Assembly: GCA_038231435.1 (NCBI GenBank)
Contig: JBBRLJ010000001.1
Span: 256,001 to 320,000, forward strand
Length of the DNA stretch: 64,000 nucleotides
From: Planctomycetota bacterium
Lineage (GTDB): Bacteria > Planctomycetota > UBA11346
Direction: 5' to 3'
The notes under the pieces were generated by a model, which saw nothing but the letters and a program-made list of their open reading frames with translations, was not told where the DNA came from and made no database searches. Positions 1 through 9,400 of this stretch are shown here, piece by piece; position 1 is the stretch's first letter, and every line of letters starts with the position of its first letter. Position numbers and translations under genes: made by a program.

Positions 1-587
1 CGCACGCCGTCGCCAGGCATCCTACGGTGCGACGGCGCCATCTCCGCCTGCACGCCAGGTCCGAGCGGCGAGCAGTAGACCTGCTGATCGGGCAACAGGC
101 GCCGGATGTGCTCGGCTTCGAGCGGACTGGTGGCGTGGAACGCCGCATGGCGGTAGAGCAAGTGGCGGGCGAGACGGAAATACATGCGCTTCTGCGCCGA
201 GCGGCGCTTGTCGAAGACGCCTGGCAGGAAGCAGCCGTGGGGAGTGACTACGAGCGGGCACGGGAACCGCGACGCGACACAGAGGTTGTCGGGATTGAAT
301 TCGCCATGCACGTGCACGATGTCGGGCGCGAATTCACGCATCCTCGAGAACTCGAGCGGCGCGGGCCCGGGCCGGGCCACGCGGCCGAGGAAGGTCGAAC
401 CGCGCTGGCGCCACATCACGATCGGGATGCTCGGATCGGATGCTCCCGGCAAGGCGAACCCAGGAGCCTGCTTGCAGGCGAGCATGACCTCGGCCCCGGC
501 GGCGACCTCCGCGTTGGCCAGGCCAAGCACCGCGCTGGCGACCCCTCCTCCACCGAGCAGATGCGGATACCAGTGGATTACGCGCGT
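1..587 (-). CDS. Glycosyltransferase family 4, N-terminal half (runs off the left edge; not in the ORF track)
   Basis: Manual translation gives (T/M)RVIHWYPHLLGGGGVASAVLGLANA...PDIVHVHGEF...PLVVTPHG...FHATSPLEAEHI with no stop to base 1. These are typical GT4 N-terminal motifs. The expected start position reads ACG (587-585). Confidence 0.8.
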
Positions 588-1441
588 ACCGCCTCCGACC
601 GGAAATCCGCGGGCGAGATCAGCCGCGCCGCCCAATGGGGTGATTTCTCCTGCCACCAGCCGATCGCGTCCCAATCTCCGCGCACCTTCGCGGCGAGCGT
701 GGCCAGCGAGTCTGCGCCATTGATGAAGAAGCGTGGCACAGCGTGGCGCTCCTCGCCCTGTTTCACCGCGCGGAACAGCACGGCCGCCGAACTCTGGTAA
801 CCCGCCTCCGCGGCCATGGCCATGGTCTCGTCGGTGAAATGGCGCCCGCGCTTGCCATAGGGATAGGCCATGGTGAGGACCTCGGCGCCGATCGCGTCCT
901 CGATCGCGCGCTTGGAGCGGCCGAGCTCCTCTGCCACGCGGGCGCGAGGGATCCGCGCGAGGTTGGCGTGGCTCCAGGTGTGGGCGCCGATCTCCATGCC
1001 GCGCTCACGCAGCTCGCGCGCCTGCGCCCAGCTCAGCGCCTCGACCTCGGTGGTACGGCGATCGGCGCGGAAATGCGCGAGCACCTCGGGATCGCCGGCG
1101 ACGAACCCGGCGGTCAGGAAGAACGTCGCGCAGACGCCGTGGCTCAAGAGGATGGGCAGTGCGTGCTGGTGGTTGTCGGCGTAGCCGTCATCGAAGGTGA
1201 TCGCCACCGCCGGTCGCGATCCCGCCGGCCGTGGCTCCAGGATCGCGGAGAACGGCACCACATCGCAATGCTGCTTCGCCCAAGCCACCTGAGCCGCGAA
1301 CGCTGCCGGCGACGCCGATGCGTATGGCTTGTCTGGATGCACCGAATGGTAACAGAGGACCACGCGCCGCGCATCGCGGCGCCCTGAGAAGAGCAGCGCC
1401 GACGCGCGCGATAGCACGCTCTTCGCCAGGCTCTTAAGCAT
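578..1441 (-). CDS. Polysaccharide deacetylase (CE4/NodB family)
   Basis: LCYHSV, ITFDDGYAD, EIGAHTWSH and AYPYG motifs. Confidence 0.9.
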   Translation of the reverse strand: MLKSLAKSVLSRASALLFSGRRDARRVVLCYHSVHPDKPYASASPAAFAAQVAWAKQHCDVVPFSAILEPRPAGSRPAVAITFDDGYADNHQHALPILLSHGVCATFFLTAGFVAGDPEVLAHFRADRRTTEVEALSWAQARELRERGMEIGAHTWSHANLARIPRARVAEELGRSKRAIEDAIGAEVLTMAYPYGKRGRHFTDETMAMAAEAGYQSSAAVLFRAVKQGEERHAVPRFFINGADSLATLAAKVRGDWDAIGWWQEKSPHWAARLISPADFRSEAVRA

Positions 1442-2300
1442 GGGCGGCGGCCTCGACGACGGGGGTTGGAGCCGGTGCAGGGGCCGGCGCCGAGGGCTTC
1501 GGCTCCGCGGCAGCTCGCGCCGCTGCTCTGACCGCGGCGCGGTTGCGGCGGGTCGACACCAGACGCAGCACGCCGCGCAGCAGCGGATTGCGCGCCAGGT
1601 GCACTACCTGATGGGTCACCTGCCGCCCGCCGAACATGGCCTTGAATTGCGCGATAGAATGTTCAGGCAGCGATTCATCGAGGACCACGCCGCCGAGATC
1701 ATAGCAGCGCACCCCTTCGGCCTTGTAGTGCAGGAACTCGTGCCAGTGGAGATGGCGGTTCAGCGCTCCGGCGATGCCGCGTTCCGCCGCGTCGGCACGA
1801 TCCGCGGTGGCGCTCATCAGCGCGCGGGCGCACGCTGGCGCATCGCTGATGATGACATGCGCGGCCATCGGCTTGCCCTCGTGGCTGGTCACGAACACGT
1901 CACAGCAGGCGGTGATGCGCTCCCATTCCGCACGCAGCATCGGCGGACGGAAGCTGGTACGGGCGACGAAGGCATTGATCAGGTCGAAGGCCGCCTCGAG
2001 CCGTTCGTTGACCGTGATCTCGGGGGCCAGCTTACGTGCCTTGTTGATCTGGTAGCGGCAGGTCTTCTTCTCGAGCTTGCCCCACAGCTCTTCCTCGGAC
2101 AGGGTCAGATCGATGAGCGAAGTATGGAACGGCCGGCGACGGAAGGTGAAGCGTTCGAGCGCATCCGCCACCTGATCGCTGCATTGCATCGCGGTCACCA
2201 CCTGGGTCCGTGACAACAGGGCCTCGACCTCGTGCGGATCCTCGGGGAACCACGCCTGCAGGGCGTTGAACACCGCGAAACGATTCTCGACGACGATCAT
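1434..2300 (-). CDS. FemAB-like / GNAT family protein in polysaccharide cluster
   Basis: IDLTLSEEELWGKLEKKTCRYQINKA, LHWHEFLHYKAEGVRCYDLGG and FKAMFGG resemble the FemAB/GNAT signature; overlaps the deacetylase start. Confidence 0.7.
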   Translation of the reverse strand: MIVVENRFAVFNALQAWFPEDPHEVEALLSRTQVVTAMQCSDQVADALERFTFRRRPFHTSLIDLTLSEEELWGKLEKKTCRYQINKARKLAPEITVNERLEAAFDLINAFVARTSFRPPMLRAEWERITACCDVFVTSHEGKPMAAHVIISDAPACARALMSATADRADAAERGIAGALNRHLHWHEFLHYKAEGVRCYDLGGVVLDESLPEHSIAQFKAMFGGRQVTHQVVHLARNPLLRGVLRLVSTRRNRAAVRAAARAAAEPKPSAPAPAPAPTPVVEAAAHA

Positions 2301-2400
2301 GGCCGGGCTCCTTCTCCGTCACTCCCCATCTTCTGGGAAATGGCCTGCTTGAGTAGAAATATCATCACAGGATCGCACAATCGTGAGACAGCCATCGCGG

Positions 2401-3816
2401 TCATCCCGCCGCCGCGGCAGCCAGCGGCCGCTCGCGGGTTCGGCCATGGGCGGCCTTGAGAAAGAGCATCAGGATCACCGGCAGGAAGACCAGCCGGGTG
2501 CCGACGTTGCTCCAGACGATGCCCAGCAAGCCCTGTGGGCACATCGTCAGGTAGGCCGTGGTGAGCGCCGCGGCGAACAACAGGTGGTACAGGAATACCA
2601 GGTCCGTACGCACTTTGGCGCGGCAGCCCATCATCATGGCCATCGAGATGGTGTACGGGAACACCACCAGGGCGAAGACCCGCAGGGGATGAGCCAAACC
2701 GACGAAGGACGGGCCGAACAGCAAGCGCAGGAGGTCCTCGCCGAACCACCACAGCCCCGCGTAGGCCACCACGGCGAATGAGAACCATACCGCGGCGACG
2801 CCGAAGGTGCGATGAATGAGATTCCGCGCCACCCCGGAGCGGGCGCTGACCATCGGCATCAACAGCTGTCCGAGCGCAGAGATGCATTGGTAGAACGGCG
2901 TGAGGAGGTTGTCGAGGACCTTCATGGAGCCGACCACCGCAAGGCCGCCGGCCGAGGACAGGATGAAGTAATGGACGTTGGCGCACAGCCAGGCGATCAC
3001 CGATACGCCGGATGCCCACTTCGCGTAGTGCAGGTGGTCGGCCAGCACCTCGGAGCGGAACCCCCGATCATCGACGACTGGTTTGGCCCCCGCATCACCG
3101 GCTATTGCCGAGGATGACGGGGATGGCGGCGGAGCCTGCGCCAGGCGACCCAGCATCGCCCGCATCGCGAACCCCGACACGCAGCTGGCGACCCCCGAAA
3201 CCAGGAAGGCGAGCAGCGGATTGAGCCATCCGCAGGCGTGGAGCAAGCAGACGCCGCCGACCTGGCAGACGAAGAAGATCGCGCTACCGATCGCCGCGCA
3301 GTGCGGCTGTGTCCGCGAGTAGAATACCGTGCGCATCATCCACATCTGCAGCACGAACGGCAACGCGAGGCCAAAGCCGAGGATGGCCTGGGCCTGGCCT
3401 CGATGGCCCAAGGCGTCGATCGCGAGCGCGCCCACCGCCACGATCACGGCCGTTCCGGCGGTGACGCGCCAATGGCAAGCGATGATGAGCCGGTAATAGC
3501 GTGCGAACGATTCGCGATGCTTGCCAGAGGCGAAGATCAGGAACGGTTCCATGAAGAACGCGAGATAGAACGCGCCGAGGAACAGGAACAGCGAGTAGCC
3601 GAGCGTGAACGCGCCGAAGTCGGCTGGCGCCAGCCACCGGGCGAGCAGGATATTGAGCACGAAGTTCGCGCCCGCGAACATCCCCTGGTCCATGATCGAC
3701 AGGCCGCCCTTGCGCGCCCACCCGAGGTAGCGCGAGCGCCTTCCCGCCCGTCCGGAGCCGTCGAAGGGCGGCACCGCCAACGGTCTCGCGCCTCCGTCCA
3801 TCGCGCCTTCTGCCAT
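2401..3816 (-). CDS. Wzx-like polysaccharide flippase / O-antigen export membrane protein
   Basis: DQGMFAGANFVLNILLARWLAPADFGAF opening and many hydrophobic segments; start could be 3879, 3816 or 3801. Confidence 0.8.
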   Translation of the reverse strand: MAEGAMDGGARPLAVPPFDGSGRAGRRSRYLGWARKGGLSIMDQGMFAGANFVLNILLARWLAPADFGAFTLGYSLFLFLGAFYLAFFMEPFLIFASGKHRESFARYYRLIIACHWRVTAGTAVIVAVGALAIDALGHRGQAQAILGFGLALPFVLQMWMMRTVFYSRTQPHCAAIGSAIFFVCQVGGVCLLHACGWLNPLLAFLVSGVASCVSGFAMRAMLGRLAQAPPPSPSSSAIAGDAGAKPVVDDRGFRSEVLADHLHYAKWASGVSVIAWLCANVHYFILSSAGGLAVVGSMKVLDNLLTPFYQCISALGQLLMPMVSARSGVARNLIHRTFGVAAVWFSFAVVAYAGLWWFGEDLLRLLFGPSFVGLAHPLRVFALVVFPYTISMAMMMGCRAKVRTDLVFLYHLLFAAALTTAYLTMCPQGLLGIVWSNVGTRLVFLPVILMLFLKAAHGRTRERPLAAAAAG

Positions 3817-3910
3817 GTGCTCCACCGCCTGTATCGGCAGTGGCGATCTTGGCGGACCGACGCGAACAGGCCGGCCCATTCAGGCCACCATTCCACAGGC
3901 CCGGACCGCA

Positions 3911-4330
3911 TCACCCGTGGTGGTAGGGTGCTCCGGCCAGGATCGAGGCCGCCCGGTAGACCTGTTCGACGAGCAACAGGTGCGCCAACTGGTGCGGCAG
4001 GGTCATGGGCCCCAATGACAGCCGGGAATCAGCCAAGGCGGTGGTGGCCGGATCGTGGCCATAGGCCGAACCGACCACGAACGCCACCTCGCCGTGCGCC
4101 ATAGTCCAGCGCCGGAGCGCCTTTGCGAAGGCCTCGCTGCCCATGGCGTCTCCGCGCTCGTCGAGCAGCACTTTCCAGCGCGCCGATGCCGGCCATAGCG
4201 CCGCCCCCTTCGCTTCCTTCTCCACCACCGTGAGCGAACCGTAGCGCGCGAAGCGCTTAACGTATTCCGCGCGCAGGCCCACGATGTGCGGATCGCGCAA
4301 TTTACCGCTCTGGACGATGACGATGCGCAT
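3911..4330 (-). CDS. rlmH: 23S rRNA (pseudouridine1915-N3)-methyltransferase
   Basis: SPOUT fold motifs LDERG, FVVGSAYG, LSLGPMTLPHQLAHLLLVEQVYRA and PYHH. Confidence 0.93.
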   Translation of the reverse strand: MRIVIVQSGKLRDPHIVGLRAEYVKRFARYGSLTVVEKEAKGAALWPASARWKVLLDERGDAMGSEAFAKALRRWTMAHGEVAFVVGSAYGHDPATTALADSRLSLGPMTLPHQLAHLLLVEQVYRAASILAGAPYHHG

Positions 4331-4475
4331 GTTCAGCGGACCTTGTTCGCCCGCCCCCCGGCGTCAATGGCGCGGCGGCGCGGCTGGTAGATCGCCTGCA
4401 ACCTCCAGGGAACCGTATGAATGAAGGTGATTTGGCGATTGAGGCCTTCTCGGGAATCAGCTACATCGGTACCCG

Positions 4476-6236
4476 ATGCTTGCCCCCTCGCAGCCGCGAT
4501 CCCGACCGCCGACCCGGCGCCCCACGCGCTGGACGCACGTCTACGTGCTGCTGGTGACGATCGACCTCGCGACCGCGTGCCTCGGCCTGCTGCTCAACCA
4601 GCGCCTCACCGACCTCTACCACCTCTCGGTGGCCCGCGACACCGAGTGGTCACTCCGCGCCAATCACGTCGCGGACGCAGTGGCGGACACGACCAGGCTC
4701 GAGGCATATGGCATGGCGCGAGCGCTGGACAGGACCCCGGCCGAGACCCAACCCGGCCAGTTGGCCGGGATCGTCGACGACGATCTCGGGCGATTGGCCG
4801 CCGAATTCGATGGCTTCGGCGCCGCCTCCGTCGCCTCACATCTGCGCTCGGCGCGGACGGACATGCAGGCCTTAGCCACAGACCGCGGAGCTCCGCCCCA
4901 GGAGCGCGCGGACTTGGCGCGGCTGCTGGGCGACATGAGCGACCTGCATGCACGCGCCATGTCGACGTTGCTCGAGGCCGCCCGCGAGATCCGCGAGCGG
5001 CGGCTCGGCGCCTTCGCCGCAGACGCAGAGCGGGCTTCGGTGCTGCATGGCGATTTCCTCGCGATCGTCTCGCTGGTCGTGCTCCTGGTGATCGCCGTGA
5101 CCCTCCACGGCCTGAGGCTCGTGCGCCGCTTCAAGGCCAACGAACTCGAGGTCGAAGGCCACCTCGCCGCGCTCGAATCGAGCGAGGCGCGCAGCACCGC
5201 GGTGCTCGAGAGCGCGCTCGACGCGATCATCATCATGGATGGCGAAGGCCTGATCAGCGAATTCAATCCCGCGGCCCAGCGCATCTTCGGCATGACCAGG
5301 GACGCGGCGGTGGGGCGGAAGCTATCCGACGCCATCATCCCGCCGGATCTGCGCGAAGCCCATCAGCGTGGGCTCGCGAATTACCTGGCCACCGGCGAGG
5401 GGCCGGTCCTCGGCAAGCGCATCGAGATCCGCGCCGCCCACGCCAACGGTAACGAATTCCCGGTCGAGTTGGCGATCATCGCGGTGGGACGCGGGCCCGG
5501 CGCGTTCTTCATCGGCCACCTGCGCGACATCACCGAGCGCAAGCGCTCCGAAGAGAACTTGCGTGCGTCGAATCAGGAGCTCGAGCAGTTCGCCTACATC
5601 GCATCGCACGATCTCCAGGAACCGCTGCGCACGGTGACCAGCTATCTCGGGCTCCTGAAGAAGCGTTACGGCGGCTCGCTGGATGCCAAGGCGGACGACT
5701 TCATGCAGGTGGCGATGGACGGCGCGGACCGCATGCACCACCTGATCCAGGACCTGCTCGCGCTCTCGCGGGTGGAGCGCTCGGATCAGCCCGTCGAGCC
5801 GATCTCGAGCGAGGACGCTTTGGCTGCCGCGCTGGTCCTCATCCAGCCAGCCATCGCCGAATCCTTGGCGCGGATCAGCCACGCTCCGTTACCGATGGTG
5901 CGCATCGACCGCACGCACCTGACCCAGCTGCTCCAGAACCTCATCGGCAACGCGCTCAAATTCCGCGGAACGGCCGCACCGGAGATCGTGATCTCGGCCA
6001 GCCGGTCCGGCGCCTGGTGGAACTTCGCGGTCAAAGACAACGGCATCGGCATCGATCCCGGGCAATCGGCGCGGATCTTCGAGGTCTTCCAGCGGCTGCA
6101 CAGCCGCGAGGAGTATCCGGGAACCGGCATTGGTCTGGCCATCTGCAAGAAGATCGTCGAGCGCAATGGCGGCCGGATCTGGGTGGAATCCACGCCCGGA
6201 GATGGCGCAACCTTCCTCTTCACGCTGCCAGCATAA
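4476..6236 (+). CDS. Membrane-bound PAS-domain sensor histidine kinase
   Basis: Two TM helices, PAS (FNPAAQRIFG...EFPVEL), H-box FAYIASHDLQEPLR, N-box QNLIGNALKF, DNGIGI and GTGIGLAICKKIVE. Confidence 0.92.
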   Translation: MLAPSQPRSRPPTRRPTRWTHVYVLLVTIDLATACLGLLLNQRLTDLYHLSVARDTEWSLRANHVADAVADTTRLEAYGMARALDRTPAETQPGQLAGIVDDDLGRLAAEFDGFGAASVASHLRSARTDMQALATDRGAPPQERADLARLLGDMSDLHARAMSTLLEAAREIRERRLGAFAADAERASVLHGDFLAIVSLVVLLVIAVTLHGLRLVRRFKANELEVEGHLAALESSEARSTAVLESALDAIIIMDGEGLISEFNPAAQRIFGMTRDAAVGRKLSDAIIPPDLREAHQRGLANYLATGEGPVLGKRIEIRAAHANGNEFPVELAIIAVGRGPGAFFIGHLRDITERKRSEENLRASNQELEQFAYIASHDLQEPLRTVTSYLGLLKKRYGGSLDAKADDFMQVAMDGADRMHHLIQDLLALSRVERSDQPVEPISSEDALAAALVLIQPAIAESLARISHAPLPMVRIDRTHLTQLLQNLIGNALKFRGTAAPEIVISASRSGAWWNFAVKDNGIGIDPGQSARIFEVFQRLHSREEYPGTGIGLAICKKIVERNGGRIWVESTPGDGATFLFTLPA

Positions 6237-6294
6237 GCCTGGGGCAGCACCGGACATCATCCGTGGTTCGAGGTTCGTCGTCCGTCGGAGTCGA

Positions 6295-7443
6295 TCAGTC
6301 GTTCTTCTTGGCCATGTAGCGGCCGAGGAACTCGTCTCGCCACACGGCAAAGCGGTCGGCCTCGATCGCCGCGCGCATCGCGCGCATCAGATCCTGGTAG
6401 AAATGCAAGTTGTGGATGGTCATCAGCGTCTCGACCAGGGGTTCGTGCGCATACGAGAGATGGCGCAGGTAGGCGCGACTGAAGCCCTGCTGACAGGTAT
6501 AGCAGCGGCAGGCGGTGTCGATCGGATAGCGGTCCTTGCGATACTTCTTGTCCTGTATGCGCATCTTGCCATCGAAGCTGAACGCCGTTCCCTCGCGGGC
6601 GTAGCGGGTAGGGATCACGCAGTCGTGGATGTCCATGCCGTGCTCGACCGAGGCGACGAGATCCTCGGGCAGGCCGACCCCCATCAGGTAACGCACCTTC
6701 GCCGCCGGCAACAGGGGCGCCGCATGGGCGACCACGCGAACCATCGCCTGATGCCCTTCGCCGACCGACACGCCGCCGATGGCGTAGCCGGGAAGATCGA
6801 GGGCCGTGAGCTGCGCCACCGCGTGAGCGCGCAACTCGAGATCCATGCCACCCTGGACAATACCGAACAGGTGTTGATGAGGAGCCAGCGGCACCTGCAT
6901 GCAGCGCTTCAGCCAACGGTGGGTGCGCTCGACGCTGTCGGCCACGTATTCGCGCGGCGCGGTATGCTCGACGCACTCGTCGAAGGCCATGACGATATCG
7001 GCGCCGAGGCGGCGCTGGATGTCCATCGCGCTCTCGGGCGACAGCGTCGCCGCCTCGCCGTCCTGCTCGAAGCGGAAACGCACGCCTTCCTCGGTGATCT
7101 GCCGGTCAGGAAGGCTGAACACCTGGAAACCGCCAGAATCAGTGAGGATCGCGCCATTCCAACGCATGGTGGCGTGCAGGCCGCCGAGTCGCTCAACCAG
7201 CTGGGTGCGCTCGGATAGGCTCATGTGGTAGGTGTTCGCCAACACCACTTGCGCTCCGGTGGCGGCGACCTGATCCGGTGTCACGCATTTCACCGCCGCC
7301 TGGGTGCCCACGGGCATGAATGCGGGAGTCTCGACGGGCCCGTGGCTGGTCCAAAAACGCCCGCGACGCGCCTTGCCGCTGATCGCGAGCACCTCGAAGC
7401 GCAGGCCGCCGCCCGGAGTCCAGGGATTCGCGTCGATGGACAT
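6295..7443 (-). CDS. tgt: tRNA-guanine transglycosylase (queuine tRNA-ribosyltransferase)
   Basis: TPAFMPVGT, LANTYH, LTDSGGFQVFSL, GIVQGG, RYLMGVG and the CxCxxC zinc site. Confidence 0.96.
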   Translation of the reverse strand: MSIDANPWTPGGGLRFEVLAISGKARRGRFWTSHGPVETPAFMPVGTQAAVKCVTPDQVAATGAQVVLANTYHMSLSERTQLVERLGGLHATMRWNGAILTDSGGFQVFSLPDRQITEEGVRFRFEQDGEAATLSPESAMDIQRRLGADIVMAFDECVEHTAPREYVADSVERTHRWLKRCMQVPLAPHQHLFGIVQGGMDLELRAHAVAQLTALDLPGYAIGGVSVGEGHQAMVRVVAHAAPLLPAAKVRYLMGVGLPEDLVASVEHGMDIHDCVIPTRYAREGTAFSFDGKMRIQDKKYRKDRYPIDTACRCYTCQQGFSRAYLRHLSYAHEPLVETLMTIHNLHFYQDLMRAMRAAIEADRFAVWRDEFLGRYMAKKND

Positions 7444-7551
7444 CGGCGGCTATGCTGCGCACACGCCCGTGGCGCAAAGCGGAATCAGGATGCGGCGGCA
7501 CCGGCGCGGACAGCCACGAGGGATGTCCCGGACTGCTCGGAACGGTCGCGA

Positions 7552-9087
7552 TCAGGCCGGGATCGGCGAGGCGTAGAGCCCACCGAGAACGCGTTCGAGC
7601 TCACTCTCGACCGCGACCGCATTGATGATGCGGTTGCGGCTCTGCAGCCCGATCCATTTCTCGAACACGTGCGACTTGCCATGGGTGATGGCGTGCTGGA
7701 ACTCTTCTTCCATCACTGGCACGAGATTGATCAGTCCGGGCTTGGCCGGAGCCGACTTCGAGGTGAAGCGGCTGGTGGCGGGCTTGCCGGCCGCGGTGGA
7801 GCGGCCCTGGGTTTGCGTCGAGGGACGCGCGGGCGCCGGCTTGGGCGGCGGTGGCGTCGGCCGGTAAATGCCGGTGTCCTTGGCAGCGCTTGAATCCTCG
7901 AGATCGAATTCAGGCGACAGCGGCTTGGGCGGTGCTTTGGCGACCGGGGCGATTGCGGCGGTGTCCTCGAACTCGAAATCGCCGAGCGCAGGCTCGCCGG
8001 AATTCCTGGTCAATCCGGAACCAGCGACCTCGAGCTCCGTGGCGTCGGGTACCAACTCGATGTCCTCAGCCTTGAGCGAGATCGGCTCGAGGATCGATGG
8101 CGCGATCGCATCGTCGGCCGACAGCAGATCGTCGATGTCCTGGATCTCGGGATTGATCGCGGCCGGAGCCGGAGTCGGCATCGGCATCGGCGCCGACGGC
8201 CTGGCCGGAGGCAGCTTGTCCGAAGGCGCGTTAACGCCGGCGAGCATCTGCGTGACGCTCTTCGGCTCGATGTCCTGGGTGATCGAGAGCGACCCCTCCT
8301 TGGCCTGGACCGCTCCGCTGTAGTACTTCTCGATGACCTGGTTGATCTCGCTGCGCGTCGCGACCACCTTCTTGATGTCGAGGCTGGTCTTCGATTCGAG
8401 CACGCGGATGGTCTCGGCGTCGAGCGGGTTGACCATCGCGAGGGTGAGCAGGCTGCCGAGCTTGTCGACCGGGAACACGCCGTAGTGGGTGGCGTCGTCG
8501 CGGGCGATGGTGTCGAGCGCCTTCTTGCGGATCTCGTAGCGATCGACCTTGAGGTGCGGCACCCAGCATTCCTGGGTGAGCGCATTGACCATCTGCTCCT
8601 CGGTGATGAAGCCGAGCTGAACTGCGGCCATGTCGATCGGCAGGTTCTCCTGCTGCGCCTTGGCCTTGACCTGGGCGACCTGCGCATCGTCGAGCAGGTT
8701 CACCTTGCCCTTCAGGAACTCGATGAGCGCGGCGTCGCCGGTGCGGCTGGGGCCCGAGGTCTTGCGCGTCGACGCGAGGTCGCCGGCGAATTCCGGCGGC
8801 TTGCTGCTCTGGATCGGAGCTTTCGATTGCGGGCGGGCGGGCGTCGTCGAGGACGGGCCGGGCGCTGGATTCGACGGGCGGACCTGGACGCGGCCGCTCG
8901 GAGCCGGCGCGACTGGCGTCGACTTCGAGGTAGGGCCGGTCTTGGGCTGGGCGGGCGCGGCCGATTCGGTGGTGGCGGTCTTGGCGCCGCCCGGAGCGAT
9001 GATGCGCTTGCTCTTGCGGACGGTCGAGGAACCCCCGCTGCGTTCGTCCTTGTCCTTGTCCTTTTTCTTGCCGCCGAAAAAGCCCAT
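7552..9087 (-). CDS. GspE/PilB N-terminal (T2SSE_N/MshEN-like) domain protein without ATPase, with Pro-rich linkers
   Basis: LGFITEEQMVNALTQE...GVFPVDKLGSLLTLAMVNPLD...IKKVVATRSEINQVIEKYY matches T2SSE_N; no Walker A motif. Confidence 0.75.
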   Translation of the reverse strand: MGFFGGKKKDKDKDERSGGSSTVRKSKRIIAPGGAKTATTESAAPAQPKTGPTSKSTPVAPAPSGRVQVRPSNPAPGPSSTTPARPQSKAPIQSSKPPEFAGDLASTRKTSGPSRTGDAALIEFLKGKVNLLDDAQVAQVKAKAQQENLPIDMAAVQLGFITEEQMVNALTQECWVPHLKVDRYEIRKKALDTIARDDATHYGVFPVDKLGSLLTLAMVNPLDAETIRVLESKTSLDIKKVVATRSEINQVIEKYYSGAVQAKEGSLSITQDIEPKSVTQMLAGVNAPSDKLPPARPSAPMPMPTPAPAAINPEIQDIDDLLSADDAIAPSILEPISLKAEDIELVPDATELEVAGSGLTRNSGEPALGDFEFEDTAAIAPVAKAPPKPLSPEFDLEDSSAAKDTGIYRPTPPPPKPAPARPSTQTQGRSTAAGKPATSRFTSKSAPAKPGLINLVPVMEEEFQHAITHGKSHVFEKWIGLQSRNRIINAVAVESELERVLGGLYASPIPA

Positions 9088-9400
9088 TGTGCCTCCCTTG
9101 CCGATGCCTTGCCGATGCCGTCTCGATGCCGTCTTGACGCGATGCCGAGCGGAATTCCCGCCTCCGCGAGTCTGTGGAAGTTTGTCCGGAGAAAACTGTA
9201 AAATGAGGATCCCTCAGAGGCTACGTGCGGTTTCCGTATCACACTCGGGAGCGTCCGCTCGGTTCTGGGATTGAGTTTCAGGCTCTGGGATCGATGCTCG
9301 ACCCCCGAGCGCGACGGACCTTTCCGTCGCTCGGTCCTGGCCTAGCAACCAGGTGGCAGCGACCGGCGAACGACGCCGAAACAGATCCGAGGAACGACCC

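Noticed and set aside
4476..6236. Histidine kinase as a phytochrome because of its Cph1-like H-box
   Set aside because: No GAF/PHY photosensory module; an ordinary TM-PAS kinase with no adjacent response regulator
9097..9147. Short direct repeats (ttgccgatgcc x2, cgatgccgtct x2) upstream of the T2SSE_N gene as operator sites
   Set aside because: GC-rich and degenerate, with no recognisable regulator motif or second occurrence
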